From a virus, in the IMG/VR virus record IMGVR_UViG_3300025646_000028, positions 1 through 64,000 of that record: a stretch of 64,000 bases of DNA. One strand, 5' to 3'. A model generated the notes under the pieces. The model was not told the DNA's origin and did no database searches. It was given only the letters and a program-made list of their open reading frames with translations. Positions 1 to 7,579 of the stretch are shown in pieces (the first letter of the stretch is position 1; every line of letters begins with the position of its first letter). A program made the translations under genes and the position numbers.

Positions 1-50
1 ATGTTAGATACTATATATATATAAGAAGCCTCTTTAATAATTTGTTGTAA

Positions 51-146
51 CATATACTACATATACTACATATACTACTTTGTCCGATAAACACGGTATG
101 TTTCCTTTGTGAGGTATACTACTTTGGTGGAAAGTTATACTACTTT
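51..146 (+). repeat. Tandem 9-bp repeat CATATACTA x3 (51-77) plus dispersed 11-mer TATACTACTTT (71, 115, 136)
   Basis: Read directly from the sequence in the non-coding left end. Confidence 0.9.
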
Positions 147-597
147 TTGCATTGGGAAATTGGTCACTAATATATATTTATATATATTATACCCCCACCG
201 CACATTTCATTTTAAGAACCACCCCCACCCCTATACCCCCTATAGGTACCGAAACAATAGGTACACCGTAAAAACGTCATACCTTTAGGTATCTCCCCTT
301 CTGCGCGCCACAGCCGATAACCTGCATTAAGCAGGCGTATCACGCACTTTGTGTATACTCGGCTGACCCTCGCGTTACCCTTACCTTGATTCATAAGTTT
401 CTTCGAGTACCTCTATTTGTAAATACCTTAGACCTACATGACCATACCCATCCCACATACCAAATAATCACCGCCCCGCTCGCTCACACTCCCAGTGCGA
501 CTACCTAACTTGCTTGAAGCCTGTCGCTTCGCTCCTTAACGGCCACATCATTAATTCTAGCCCATACCCTCACAAGAAAGGAGGAATTGCTTCACCT

Positions 598-828
598 ATG
601 AAAAAGGTAATTGCACGTACTGTCGTTGATGTGAATACGGTTCACGCGCGTGAAGGATACAATTCGAAAACCGGTAAGTCTACCGGTCGAATTGATTCAC
701 TTGTCTCGTCCCGAGGCTTCCCCGTAACCGCCTTGTTTGCAACGTCGGATTTAGGTAAGAAAATAAGCGATGCTACACCCATCGCATATTTGGAATCCGA
801 AATCGCCGACGTTCCGGATTCGAAATAA
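598..828 (+). CDS. Hypothetical early protein (76 aa)
   Basis: ORF 514..828; start moved to ATG 598 downstream of AAAGGAGG; followed by an intrinsic terminator. Confidence 0.7.
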   Translation: MKKVIARTVVDVNTVHAREGYNSKTGKSTGRIDSLVSSRGFPVTALFATSDLGKKISDATPIAYLESEIADVPDSK

Positions 829-830
829 AT

Positions 831-852
831 GAAGGCCTTCGGGCCTTCTTTA
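831..852 (+). terminator. Intrinsic terminator
   Basis: GAAGGCC-TTCG-GGCCTTC followed by a T-rich tract, just after the stop at 828. Confidence 0.8.
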
Positions 853-1001
853 TTTCATTCAATTTCGCAAGCGAACCCACCGTACATAGTATGATAACCT
901 CATACGCTTAAAGCATATACTGGGATGTACCCAGTTCTGGTTTCACTAGTTTCATTGCCTTAAAACTAGTATTCATATTTATTGGAGGGAAAGAATTAAA
1001 T

Positions 1002-1205
1002 ATGTATAAATTATTCGTTATCGCTCCAGTCGACAGGCCTAATCTATTTGTTAATATATTCTACACTAAACGTAGTTATATTAAAGGACGCTCATATACT
1101 TTATATGAAATTGGTCCTGAAGCCCATTTGTTTACCGAATATGAAAAGAAGAAATTCTTTAGTATTCATAGTAAAAAAGACTTTAAAATAGTTCAAAAAT
1201 TTTAA
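1002..1205 (+). CDS. Hypothetical early protein (67 aa)
   Basis: ORF with GGAGG upstream. Confidence 0.65.
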   Translation: MYKLFVIAPVDRPNLFVNIFYTKRSYIKGRSYTLYEIGPEAHLFTEYEKKKFFSIHSKKDFKIVQKF

Positions 1206-1229
1206 TCATAATAAAAGGAGGAAATTATT

Positions 1230-1334
1230 ATGCGTAAAAAAGCTAAAGTTTATTCTAAAAAGTCTGTACTTGTTCAACCACTTCATAATGGTAAATTAAT
1301 AGGGATGGAACAACGTCCACCCTTTAAAGGTTAA
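1230..1334 (+). CDS. Small basic hypothetical protein (34 aa, MRKKAKVYSK...), not in ORF track
   Basis: Strong AAAAGGAGG RBS, ATG 1230, TAA 1332-1334. Confidence 0.6.
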   Translation: MRKKAKVYSKKSVLVQPLHNGKLIGMEQRPPFKG

Positions 1335-1335
1335 T

Positions 1336-1482
1336 ATGAATTGGTTTGCTGTTGGTCGAAAGACCAAAAAATGGGTTACCTATGAATACTTTGATAATTG
1401 GCGCAAAGCCTTAAACTATTCAAAGTATTTAAAACGTATCCATCAATTTGCTAATCGTTATAAGGTTCCCGGTCAACCATAA
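1336..1482 (+). CDS. Small hypothetical protein (48 aa, MNWFAVGRKTKKW...), not in ORF track
   Basis: Starts 1 nt after the previous stop and fills the gap before the next RBS. Confidence 0.5.
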   Translation: MNWFAVGRKTKKWVTYEYFDNWRKALNYSKYLKRIHQFANRYKVPGQP

Positions 1483-1513
1483 ACCGGGACATATCCATAA
1501 GGAGGATAAAAAC

Positions 1514-1801
1514 ATGCCTACAATTAAATTGTACCAAATCATGGTACGCCACGAAGGTGGTAAAGAACATTATGTTCGTTTAGAACGTAATGAAGTTGAA
1601 CAAAGTGTTGGTGTTATGCATGTTGAACATGACATTGATGCTACATTATTTAATGGTGATGACATTGAAAACCATGTTACACGATTAAATAAATTCGCTC
1701 AAGATGAAAAAGATGGTGACATTTACTTTCATGTAAATACACCGTACGTTTACAATGACGAAACTGGAGAAATAGAACATGGACCCAGAAAAGTTCATTA
1801 A
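1514..1801 (+). CDS. Hypothetical early protein (95 aa)
   Basis: ORF 1448..1801; start moved to ATG 1514 after AAGGAGG. Confidence 0.7.
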   Translation: MPTIKLYQIMVRHEGGKEHYVRLERNEVEQSVGVMHVEHDIDATLFNGDDIENHVTRLNKFAQDEKDGDIYFHVNTPYVYNDETGEIEHGPRKVH

Positions 1802-1919
1802 ACGTGCCGAAGCTTCTGATCGTGTGTGGGACATATACGATGAAGTATATGAACTACTCAACGAAGGCTTCGATCATGAATATGCCATGGCAAAAGCATT
1901 AGCCAAATATAATGCTTAG
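1779..1919 (+). CDS. Small hypothetical protein (46 aa, MDPEKFIKRAEASD...), not in ORF track
   Basis: GGAG RBS, overlaps the end of the previous gene, helical-looking sequence. Confidence 0.55.
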   Translation: MDPEKFIKRAEASDRVWDIYDEVYELLNEGFDHEYAMAKALAKYNA

Positions 1920-1934
1920 GGTTTGACTGTCTAT

Positions 1935-2099
1935 AAAAATATACTGAGTGTGAGGCCTCCCAAAAAGGTTGAGGGTACAGTATATTTTTCCCGCTGTGAA
2001 CAATCTTATACTCGACGGAGTATATAAGAAACCCGCAAATACATTCGCCCCCCGATTTGTATTGGCCGGAATACCTCAGTGATCCTGAGTAATTCACAG
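1935..2099 (+). ncRNA. Putative structured RNA or ssDNA element (12-bp hairpin plus multibranch domain)
   Basis: Non-coding gap. AAAAATATACTG/CAGTATATTTTT stem; CTGTGAA/TTCACAG closing stem enclosing three hairpins. No family assigned. Confidence 0.4.
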
Positions 2100-2121
2100 T
2101 TCTTAAAATGAAAGGAACTTA

Positions 2122-2298
2122 ATGAAAAAGTTACAAGTTAAATACGCAGAACGTCCTGAACCAGATTATGTTCTGTTTGAAATTCTTCAAGCATTAACTT
2201 CAGCACGAAATAAAATTCGTGATCTCAAAGTTATACGCTATGAAGAACCGGTTCAAAAAATTATCGATCAGCTTTATGCTGAACTAAGGAGCATGTAA
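2122..2298 (+). CDS. Small hypothetical protein (58 aa, MKKLQVKYAERP...), not in ORF track
   Basis: AAAGGA RBS; stop lies 1 nt before the next start. Confidence 0.6.
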   Translation: MKKLQVKYAERPEPDYVLFEILQALTSARNKIRDLKVIRYEEPVQKIIDQLYAELRSM

Positions 2299-2299
2299 C

Positions 2300-2998
2300 A
2301 TGGAACTTAAAGGCCGTGATATCATGATCTATTTAGCCACCAAATATAATGGTGACTGGAATCGTATTTATGAAGCGATTAAAAACAAAGAAGCTATCGA
2401 TAAAGATAAAGTTCTTGATACAGTTAAATCTGTAGAAGAACATGTCAAGTGCGTCACCATTATTGATTCAGGTTACCCTGATGAATATAAACAAGTGTAT
2501 AAACCACCATTTGTTTTATTCTACAAAGGTAATCTTGGTTTATTAACTAATAATTACATATTAGGCATTACTGGTAACAATTTGAAATTACCTTTTAATG
2601 TTGAAAATATGCCATATTCAACGGCACATCTTTCGTTTGATAATTATGATGGTAAACAAATCGTCATTTATAATGATGGTATCAAAGACTGCAAATTAGA
2701 TTCTCAATTAATGTTATCTGAATACTATGACAAAGTTAGCAATGTAATGGATTCTCAAGCATGGGCATCCCGATTATTAGTTGGGGTGTCCAAAGGTATC
2801 ATCATTGATGATATTAAAGAAGACTATACATCCATTGCATTAGGCTATGCACTTGCCATAAACAAACCAGTTGGGTTACTCAAAGTTAATCAAAATTTCG
2901 AATTAGATCATATCGAAAATGAAAATGATGTACGCAAATTAATGCGTCACTATCAAGAAAATTTTGACTTTGATAAAATGCCTGATGTATTAAATTAA
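2300..2998 (+). CDS. dprA: Degenerate DprA/Smf-like DNA-processing protein
   Basis: KYNGDWNRIYEAIK and TIIDSGYP...YKPPFVLFYKGNLGLL match the DprA N-terminal region; the central GLAxGID motif is absent. Confidence 0.7.
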   Translation: MELKGRDIMIYLATKYNGDWNRIYEAIKNKEAIDKDKVLDTVKSVEEHVKCVTIIDSGYPDEYKQVYKPPFVLFYKGNLGLLTNNYILGITGNNLKLPFNVENMPYSTAHLSFDNYDGKQIVIYNDGIKDCKLDSQLMLSEYYDKVSNVMDSQAWASRLLVGVSKGIIIDDIKEDYTSIALGYALAINKPVGLLKVNQNFELDHIENENDVRKLMRHYQENFDFDKMPDVLN

Positions 2999-3077
2999 AT
3001 AATGTGGTTGCGAGAGCGTAAAACCCTTCCCTTTCCCCCTAGAAAAACATGGGTCATCCACACTTAAAAGGAAAATT

Positions 3078-3299
3078 ATGGATAAAATTTTTGACGTTGT
3101 CGTAAGTATGAACGTTACTGTCCGTGTTCATGCAGATACTAAAAAAGAAGCATCAGCTTGGATTAGTCAACGTTTTGTAGATGGATTAACAATCGAAGAC
3201 ACAAGTTCAGAATTTATTCCTTTAGAACTTATGCCTAAGATTCAAAATGTTCTTATTAAAAAAATTAAACGACCTGTCCGTTTAATAGAAGGAGAATAA
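3078..3299 (+). CDS. Hypothetical protein
   Basis: ORF with AAAGGA RBS, coupled to the next gene. Confidence 0.7.
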   Translation: MDKIFDVVVSMNVTVRVHADTKKEASAWISQRFVDGLTIEDTSSEFIPLELMPKIQNVLIKKIKRPVRLIEGE

Positions 3300-3300
3300 A

Positions 3301-3753
3301 ATGGGACTTGATATGTATTTGTTTTCAAACAAACGCAAAGAATTAGGGTATTGGCGTAAGGCTAATCATATCCACGGATTCTTTGAACGTGAACTTAAAA
3401 CCTGTGACAATGCTCACAATAACCCAGTACCACTTAAAGTGTTGGAAAAGTTATTTGATTACTGTGTCATGGTGAAAGATTCACTGATCGCCTTTGGTAC
3501 CACCCAAAAAGAAATAATCGTTGGAAGAGGTATTCGTAACGGAGAACTATTCGAAGAAAAGGAATACGTTCCTGTCTTTCTAAATACTACTGTTGCAGAA
3601 AGATTTCTACCAACCCAAGAAGGTTTCTTCTTTGGGAGTACAGAATACACTGAAAATTATCTTCATGATATTAATGATACGTTAGAAATTTTAACCGAAG
3701 CTTTGTCAAACAAAGTTAAAGGTGAACGATTTTACTATCATCCATGGTGGTAA
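3301..3753 (+). CDS. Conserved phage early protein (MGLDMYL...YWRKANHIHGFF...GFFFGS type)
   Basis: Motif pattern recurrent in phage early regions; AAGGAG RBS; function unknown. Confidence 0.75.
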   Translation: MGLDMYLFSNKRKELGYWRKANHIHGFFERELKTCDNAHNNPVPLKVLEKLFDYCVMVKDSLIAFGTTQKEIIVGRGIRNGELFEEKEYVPVFLNTTVAERFLPTQEGFFFGSTEYTENYLHDINDTLEILTEALSNKVKGERFYYHPWW

Positions 3754-3754
3754 T

Positions 3755-3964
3755 ATGACAATAAAAGAAATGGCTGAAAAACACGGTGTTATAAAACGTG
3801 AATTTCATGAAGGAGCAGTTGTAGTACAGCTGCCTAATAATTTAGAAGTTTATCTAGAAAGAACTAGCTTTGGATTTATAATTCAAAGTTACATACATCC
3901 AGGTAACACTTTTATGTTTAACACCATCGAAGAACTGGAATCAGAATTAGTTCTAATGAAATAA
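3755..3964 (+). CDS. Hypothetical protein
   Basis: ORF 3722..3964; ATG 3755 directly follows the previous stop. Confidence 0.6.
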   Translation: MTIKEMAEKHGVIKREFHEGAVVVQLPNNLEVYLERTSFGFIIQSYIHPGNTFMFNTIEELESELVLMK

Positions 3965-4083
3965 TTTTTCACCAGCTACCTATAGTCCTTCAGGTTATTG
4001 TGCTCCTTTTTTCAACCGGAGTGTCACAATGTAATCCCTACTACAGCGACAGAATGATGGGGTGCAACTCCCCTAGGAGAATT

Positions 4084-4248
4084 ATGGAACTAAGAATGAT
4101 GTACAAAATTCTGAAGAGCTATGTCAAACGATATAGCTCTCAGAAAACACATGATAAACAAGTACTACGTGTACTTGAAATACTTTTAGCTGATATTGAA
4201 TCAGCAATTATTACAAAGGAGAAACATGAAACACCATCTAATAGGTAA
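4084..4248 (+). CDS. Hypothetical protein (54 aa)
   Basis: ORF 4000..4248; start moved to ATG 4084 after AGGAG. Confidence 0.55.
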   Translation: MELRMMYKILKSYVKRYSSQKTHDKQVLRVLEILLADIESAIITKEKHETPSNR

Positions 4249-4420
4249 ACTAATTCAAATAGTTTACATGAAAGACGAACCTCATTATACAGGTCGCCAA
4301 GGTATAGTTACTATAGTAGATGATGCTGGTCAACTCCATGGTACATGGGGTGGTTTAGCAGTATTACCAGATGTTGATCGCTTCATTGTAATCAACGAAC
4401 ATGGGCCTAAAGTGGACTGA
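4226..4420 (+). CDS. DUF4314-like small protein
   Basis: MKDEPHYTGRQGIVTIVDDAGQLHGTWGGLAVLPDVD pattern; AAGGAG RBS before ATG 4226. Confidence 0.7.
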   Translation: MKHHLIGKLIQIVYMKDEPHYTGRQGIVTIVDDAGQLHGTWGGLAVLPDVDRFIVINEHGPKVD

Positions 4421-4631
4421 TTATTACTTTATTCTTAACGGACATAAAGTATATAATCGAACATACGTAAAAGAATTAGAACGTATGTATTTGTTTGATA
4501 AAAACAATAAGCAAATTTGTTATATAAAAATGTCACGACCCAAGCATTACACTTGGCGTGAACTAGAAAGGGATATTAACAATGGCACAATTAGCAGACA
4601 AAATATTGTCTTTAAGAAATACGATTCTTAA
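4401..4631 (+). CDS. Hypothetical protein
   Basis: ORF overlapping its neighbours within the operon. Confidence 0.55.
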   Translation: MGLKWTDYYFILNGHKVYNRTYVKELERMYLFDKNNKQICYIKMSRPKHYTWRELERDINNGTISRQNIVFKKYDS

Positions 4632-4806
4632 TTTAGTTACTGATGAACTTACAGAGTTTCGTATGTTGTCTATGCCAATGCAACAAGCACTCCATAATAA
4701 AGTGCTTCGCATTTTAGAACTCAGTAATAATTTAACTGAGTTAGCAATTATGATAGAACAAGACGCACAAGATCAATTAGATCTAAACATAGGATTAAGC
4801 GAATGA
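4582..4806 (+). CDS. Hypothetical helical protein
   Basis: ORF with ATGA overlap to the AAA+ gene. Confidence 0.6.
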   Translation: MAQLADKILSLRNTILNLVTDELTEFRMLSMPMQQALHNKVLRILELSNNLTELAIMIEQDAQDQLDLNIGLSE

Positions 4807-5702
4807 CAATTCAAGAAATCGTAGCGCGCATGCGCCAAGACATTAACAATAAAATTGTTAAAGTTGTATCTTCAGATGGCTATCGTTATTATACCGATAC
4901 GCTTACTGAAAAAATTGTAGTGCCAATTACTACGCCAGACGAAACAGCATTGGCCTATGAAAAACTTATCATCAATGCAGAACAAGCGAAAGCAGTTGAA
5001 GCTAATGATATGTTCTCTACATTACCACGAGCTATGATGTTCGTAGGTCAACCAGACACCGGTAAGACATACCTTGCCGAAGACATTGCTAAACAATGTG
5101 GCATTGTCCCACTGTTTAAAATGTGTCGTGATAATCTTAACCTTGAAACTTTGTTAGAAGATTTCAAACTCAACGACGGTAAACCTGTCTTCGAAGAATC
5201 ATTAGCTATTAAAGCAATGTCTGATCCTGAAAAGAATCGTTACATTATTATCTTCGATGAGTTCAACACACTCATGACAGGTGTCATGAAGACGTTCCAA
5301 CCAATTCTTGACGACACATCAACGACATTTGAATACCGCGGTAAAGTCTATCAAAAGAATATGAATTGCAAATTCATTCTTACATTGAATGACAAAGACA
5401 AAGGTATCTCTGTCGTTCCAGATGCAATCTTGTCGCGTGTTGAGTTACGTTGGTTCGATCCAACACCTATAACGACAATCGCACAATGGACTAATGTCGA
5501 TGTTGAATGGATTAATAAACTGTTTAATGTCTATAAGATTATTGGTTTAACTAATATCTTTGGCACACGACAAATTAAAATCCTTCATGGTAAAACATTA
5601 GAACGTGTTAAAAATCATTTATATGGTTTATGCATGATGACAAGGACTGACCCTGCCATCTTGGACACGCTGCAAATGCAAGATGTTTTAACAAAACTAT
5701 AG
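4803..5702 (+). CDS. MoxR/CbbQ/CobS-like AAA+ ATPase
   Basis: Walker A GQPDTGKT, Walker B IIIFDEFN, DAILSR arginine finger; vWA partner downstream. Confidence 0.85.
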   Translation: MTIQEIVARMRQDINNKIVKVVSSDGYRYYTDTLTEKIVVPITTPDETALAYEKLIINAEQAKAVEANDMFSTLPRAMMFVGQPDTGKTYLAEDIAKQCGIVPLFKMCRDNLNLETLLEDFKLNDGKPVFEESLAIKAMSDPEKNRYIIIFDEFNTLMTGVMKTFQPILDDTSTTFEYRGKVYQKNMNCKFILTLNDKDKGISVVPDAILSRVELRWFDPTPITTIAQWTNVDVEWINKLFNVYKIIGLTNIFGTRQIKILHGKTLERVKNHLYGLCMMTRTDPAILDTLQMQDVLTKL

Positions 5703-5712
5703 GAGAAAAATT

Positions 5713-5961
5713 ATGGATGAAGAATTATTTTATCCGATTACTCGTGATGAGTATTTGTTTTTGAAAACAAACCGTCACGACGTACGTAAGTTTGCTAACA
5801 ATCCTGTTGAACGTAAAGATCTAACAGGATTAAAGAAAGTTATATTCGTAGTCGGTATTGATGATACACCACGTCACATTGGTTACATTGATATATGGGA
5901 CATCTGGGAATCTGACCAAGGATTATTCCTTCGTCACTATTCTCATGACAGTACAGACTAA
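5713..5961 (+). CDS. Hypothetical protein between MoxR and vWA genes
   Basis: AGGAG RBS; TAATG coupling to the next gene. Confidence 0.7.
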   Translation: MDEELFYPITRDEYLFLKTNRHDVRKFANNPVERKDLTGLKKVIFVVGIDDTPRHIGYIDIWDIWESDQGLFLRHYSHDSTD

Positions 5962-7550
5962 TGACAGATATAACAAAGCAAGCTTACGCTCAAGTCTTAA
6001 CATTTATTACCAACAGTTTTTATTCTAAAGACAGACTAATTAATGTTGAAATAAATGAAGAAGATAAAGGTACTAACTATTATGATGGTGATAAAATCAC
6101 CTTAAGCTCTGCGTTGTTAGATGCATTTGGTAATCTTGGTTTGCCCCGGTTCTTGGTTTATTACCATGAACTAGGGCACCACCTCTATAGTAAATACTTA
6201 TTTACTTTTATGGATTCGTGGGAAAAGATTAAGTCAGGACCATTAACATGGAATCCTGCGTATCATCACCTCATTAACTGGATCGAAGATTTTTATATCG
6301 AAGATCGTATTGTTAAAGAACATTCGTATCTTACGGATGTAATTAACTGTATTAAAAAGTTACCTCCTGAATATGACATAACTAAAATTGAATACGCATT
6401 TAATTATTACTATGTCAATGGAGCACCGACACCAGGATTAATGTATAACGATCAACTTGTGTTCTTAAATTTTATTAAAGAATTATTAAAGTTACGTGAT
6501 ACAGATAGAACACGTTTCGGTAATGGTGTGATATCCACACTTACTATTACACCAACAAATGAAACAAAATTTGCTACTAAAATTATTGAGTTCTTTAATT
6601 GGTGTGTTAACAAAGGTATATTACCTAAGCATGCACAACCACCGCTTAAAAATCCTAATCAACATCTTGAAGAATCAAATAAAAAAGATGTAGATAAAGT
6701 AACTGAAAAGTTTATGAAAGCTGTAACCAAAATGTTAGGTGACAAAAATACTTTACGAGAACCAGGTGGTACATATGATGACCACTCACGTGTAGTAGCT
6801 AACGTAAAGATAGATAGTCACGTACCTGTATTACACATTGATAGTAAAACAGAATTACTTAAAGAAGAACTTGTTTATGAAAATAAAATGATTGATAAGC
6901 AAATCGAAATGATGCAAGTCAATACACAAGCTTCAACCATTTCTGGTTTATTTAATGGACGCTACAGTGATTCGTCTATTATACAACCACGTCCTCAAGT
7001 TGTTAACTTCTTTAATCCTCATCGTCTTATTGATCAAAATTTATTCTTAAAGAAAGATCATACGTATATGAATGTTAATATCTTTAGAGATATATCAGGA
7101 AGTACGCAAGGTGATGTGCATGAACTTATGCATTATGTAACAGAGAATTTATTAAAAGAAATTCCTGTTGAAGTTGATTACTATTTGTATTCTAGTGGTG
7201 AAATAAGCATTGTCAAAATAGATTATCTACCCTGGAAAGATAGTGATGAAGCACCTGATGAGTATCAAAAGAATGAAATCTTCCAACAATTTGGAGGCGG
7301 TACTAACAGTGACGCTATTGCCGATGTCATAACACAACAACTATCTGATAAATGGTTGAACATCATCATCACTGATGGTGACTTGAACAGTCTTATGCAT
7401 CGTGAAAACATTTTTGCTTTACTTAAAAATGTATTTGTCATAGCTGTCAAAGGTGATTTCGATCAACGATTACACGGTATAAATATCAATGATATTAAAG
7501 ACATCCATAACATAAATAATGTGTTGGCTTCGATTAATTTAGATAGATAA
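5961..7550 (+). CDS. CobT-like protein: N-terminal HExxH domain plus C-terminal vWA domain
   Basis: YHELGHH and NWIED motifs; MIDAS elements DISGS, GGGT, ITDGD. Confidence 0.8.
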   Translation: MTDITKQAYAQVLTFITNSFYSKDRLINVEINEEDKGTNYYDGDKITLSSALLDAFGNLGLPRFLVYYHELGHHLYSKYLFTFMDSWEKIKSGPLTWNPAYHHLINWIEDFYIEDRIVKEHSYLTDVINCIKKLPPEYDITKIEYAFNYYYVNGAPTPGLMYNDQLVFLNFIKELLKLRDTDRTRFGNGVISTLTITPTNETKFATKIIEFFNWCVNKGILPKHAQPPLKNPNQHLEESNKKDVDKVTEKFMKAVTKMLGDKNTLREPGGTYDDHSRVVANVKIDSHVPVLHIDSKTELLKEELVYENKMIDKQIEMMQVNTQASTISGLFNGRYSDSSIIQPRPQVVNFFNPHRLIDQNLFLKKDHTYMNVNIFRDISGSTQGDVHELMHYVTENLLKEIPVEVDYYLYSSGEISIVKIDYLPWKDSDEAPDEYQKNEIFQQFGGGTNSDAIADVITQQLSDKWLNIIITDGDLNSLMHRENIFALLKNVFVIAVKGDFDQRLHGININDIKDIHNINNVLASINLDR

Positions 7551-7572
7551 ACGTGTAAGAAAGGAGTATAAT
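7544..7572 (+). promoter_or_regulatory. Possible sigmaA-type promoter for the replication module
   Basis: TAGATA-17 nt-TATAAT, 7 nt upstream of the primase ATG. Confidence 0.4.
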
Positions 7573-7579
7573 ATACTTA

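Noticed and set aside
51-146. Possible CRISPR or mini-array
   Set aside because: Repeats are only 9-11 bp with irregular spacing, and no cas genes are present; the PD-(D/E)XK nuclease sits in a replication context
212-394. Minus-strand 60-aa ORF in the left end (and 1858..2097)
   Set aside because: Opposite to local gene orientation, no RBS, and overlapping structured non-coding DNA
4040-4080. tRNA gene
   Set aside because: Only a T-arm-like hairpin; no acceptor stem, D-arm or anticodon arm could be built
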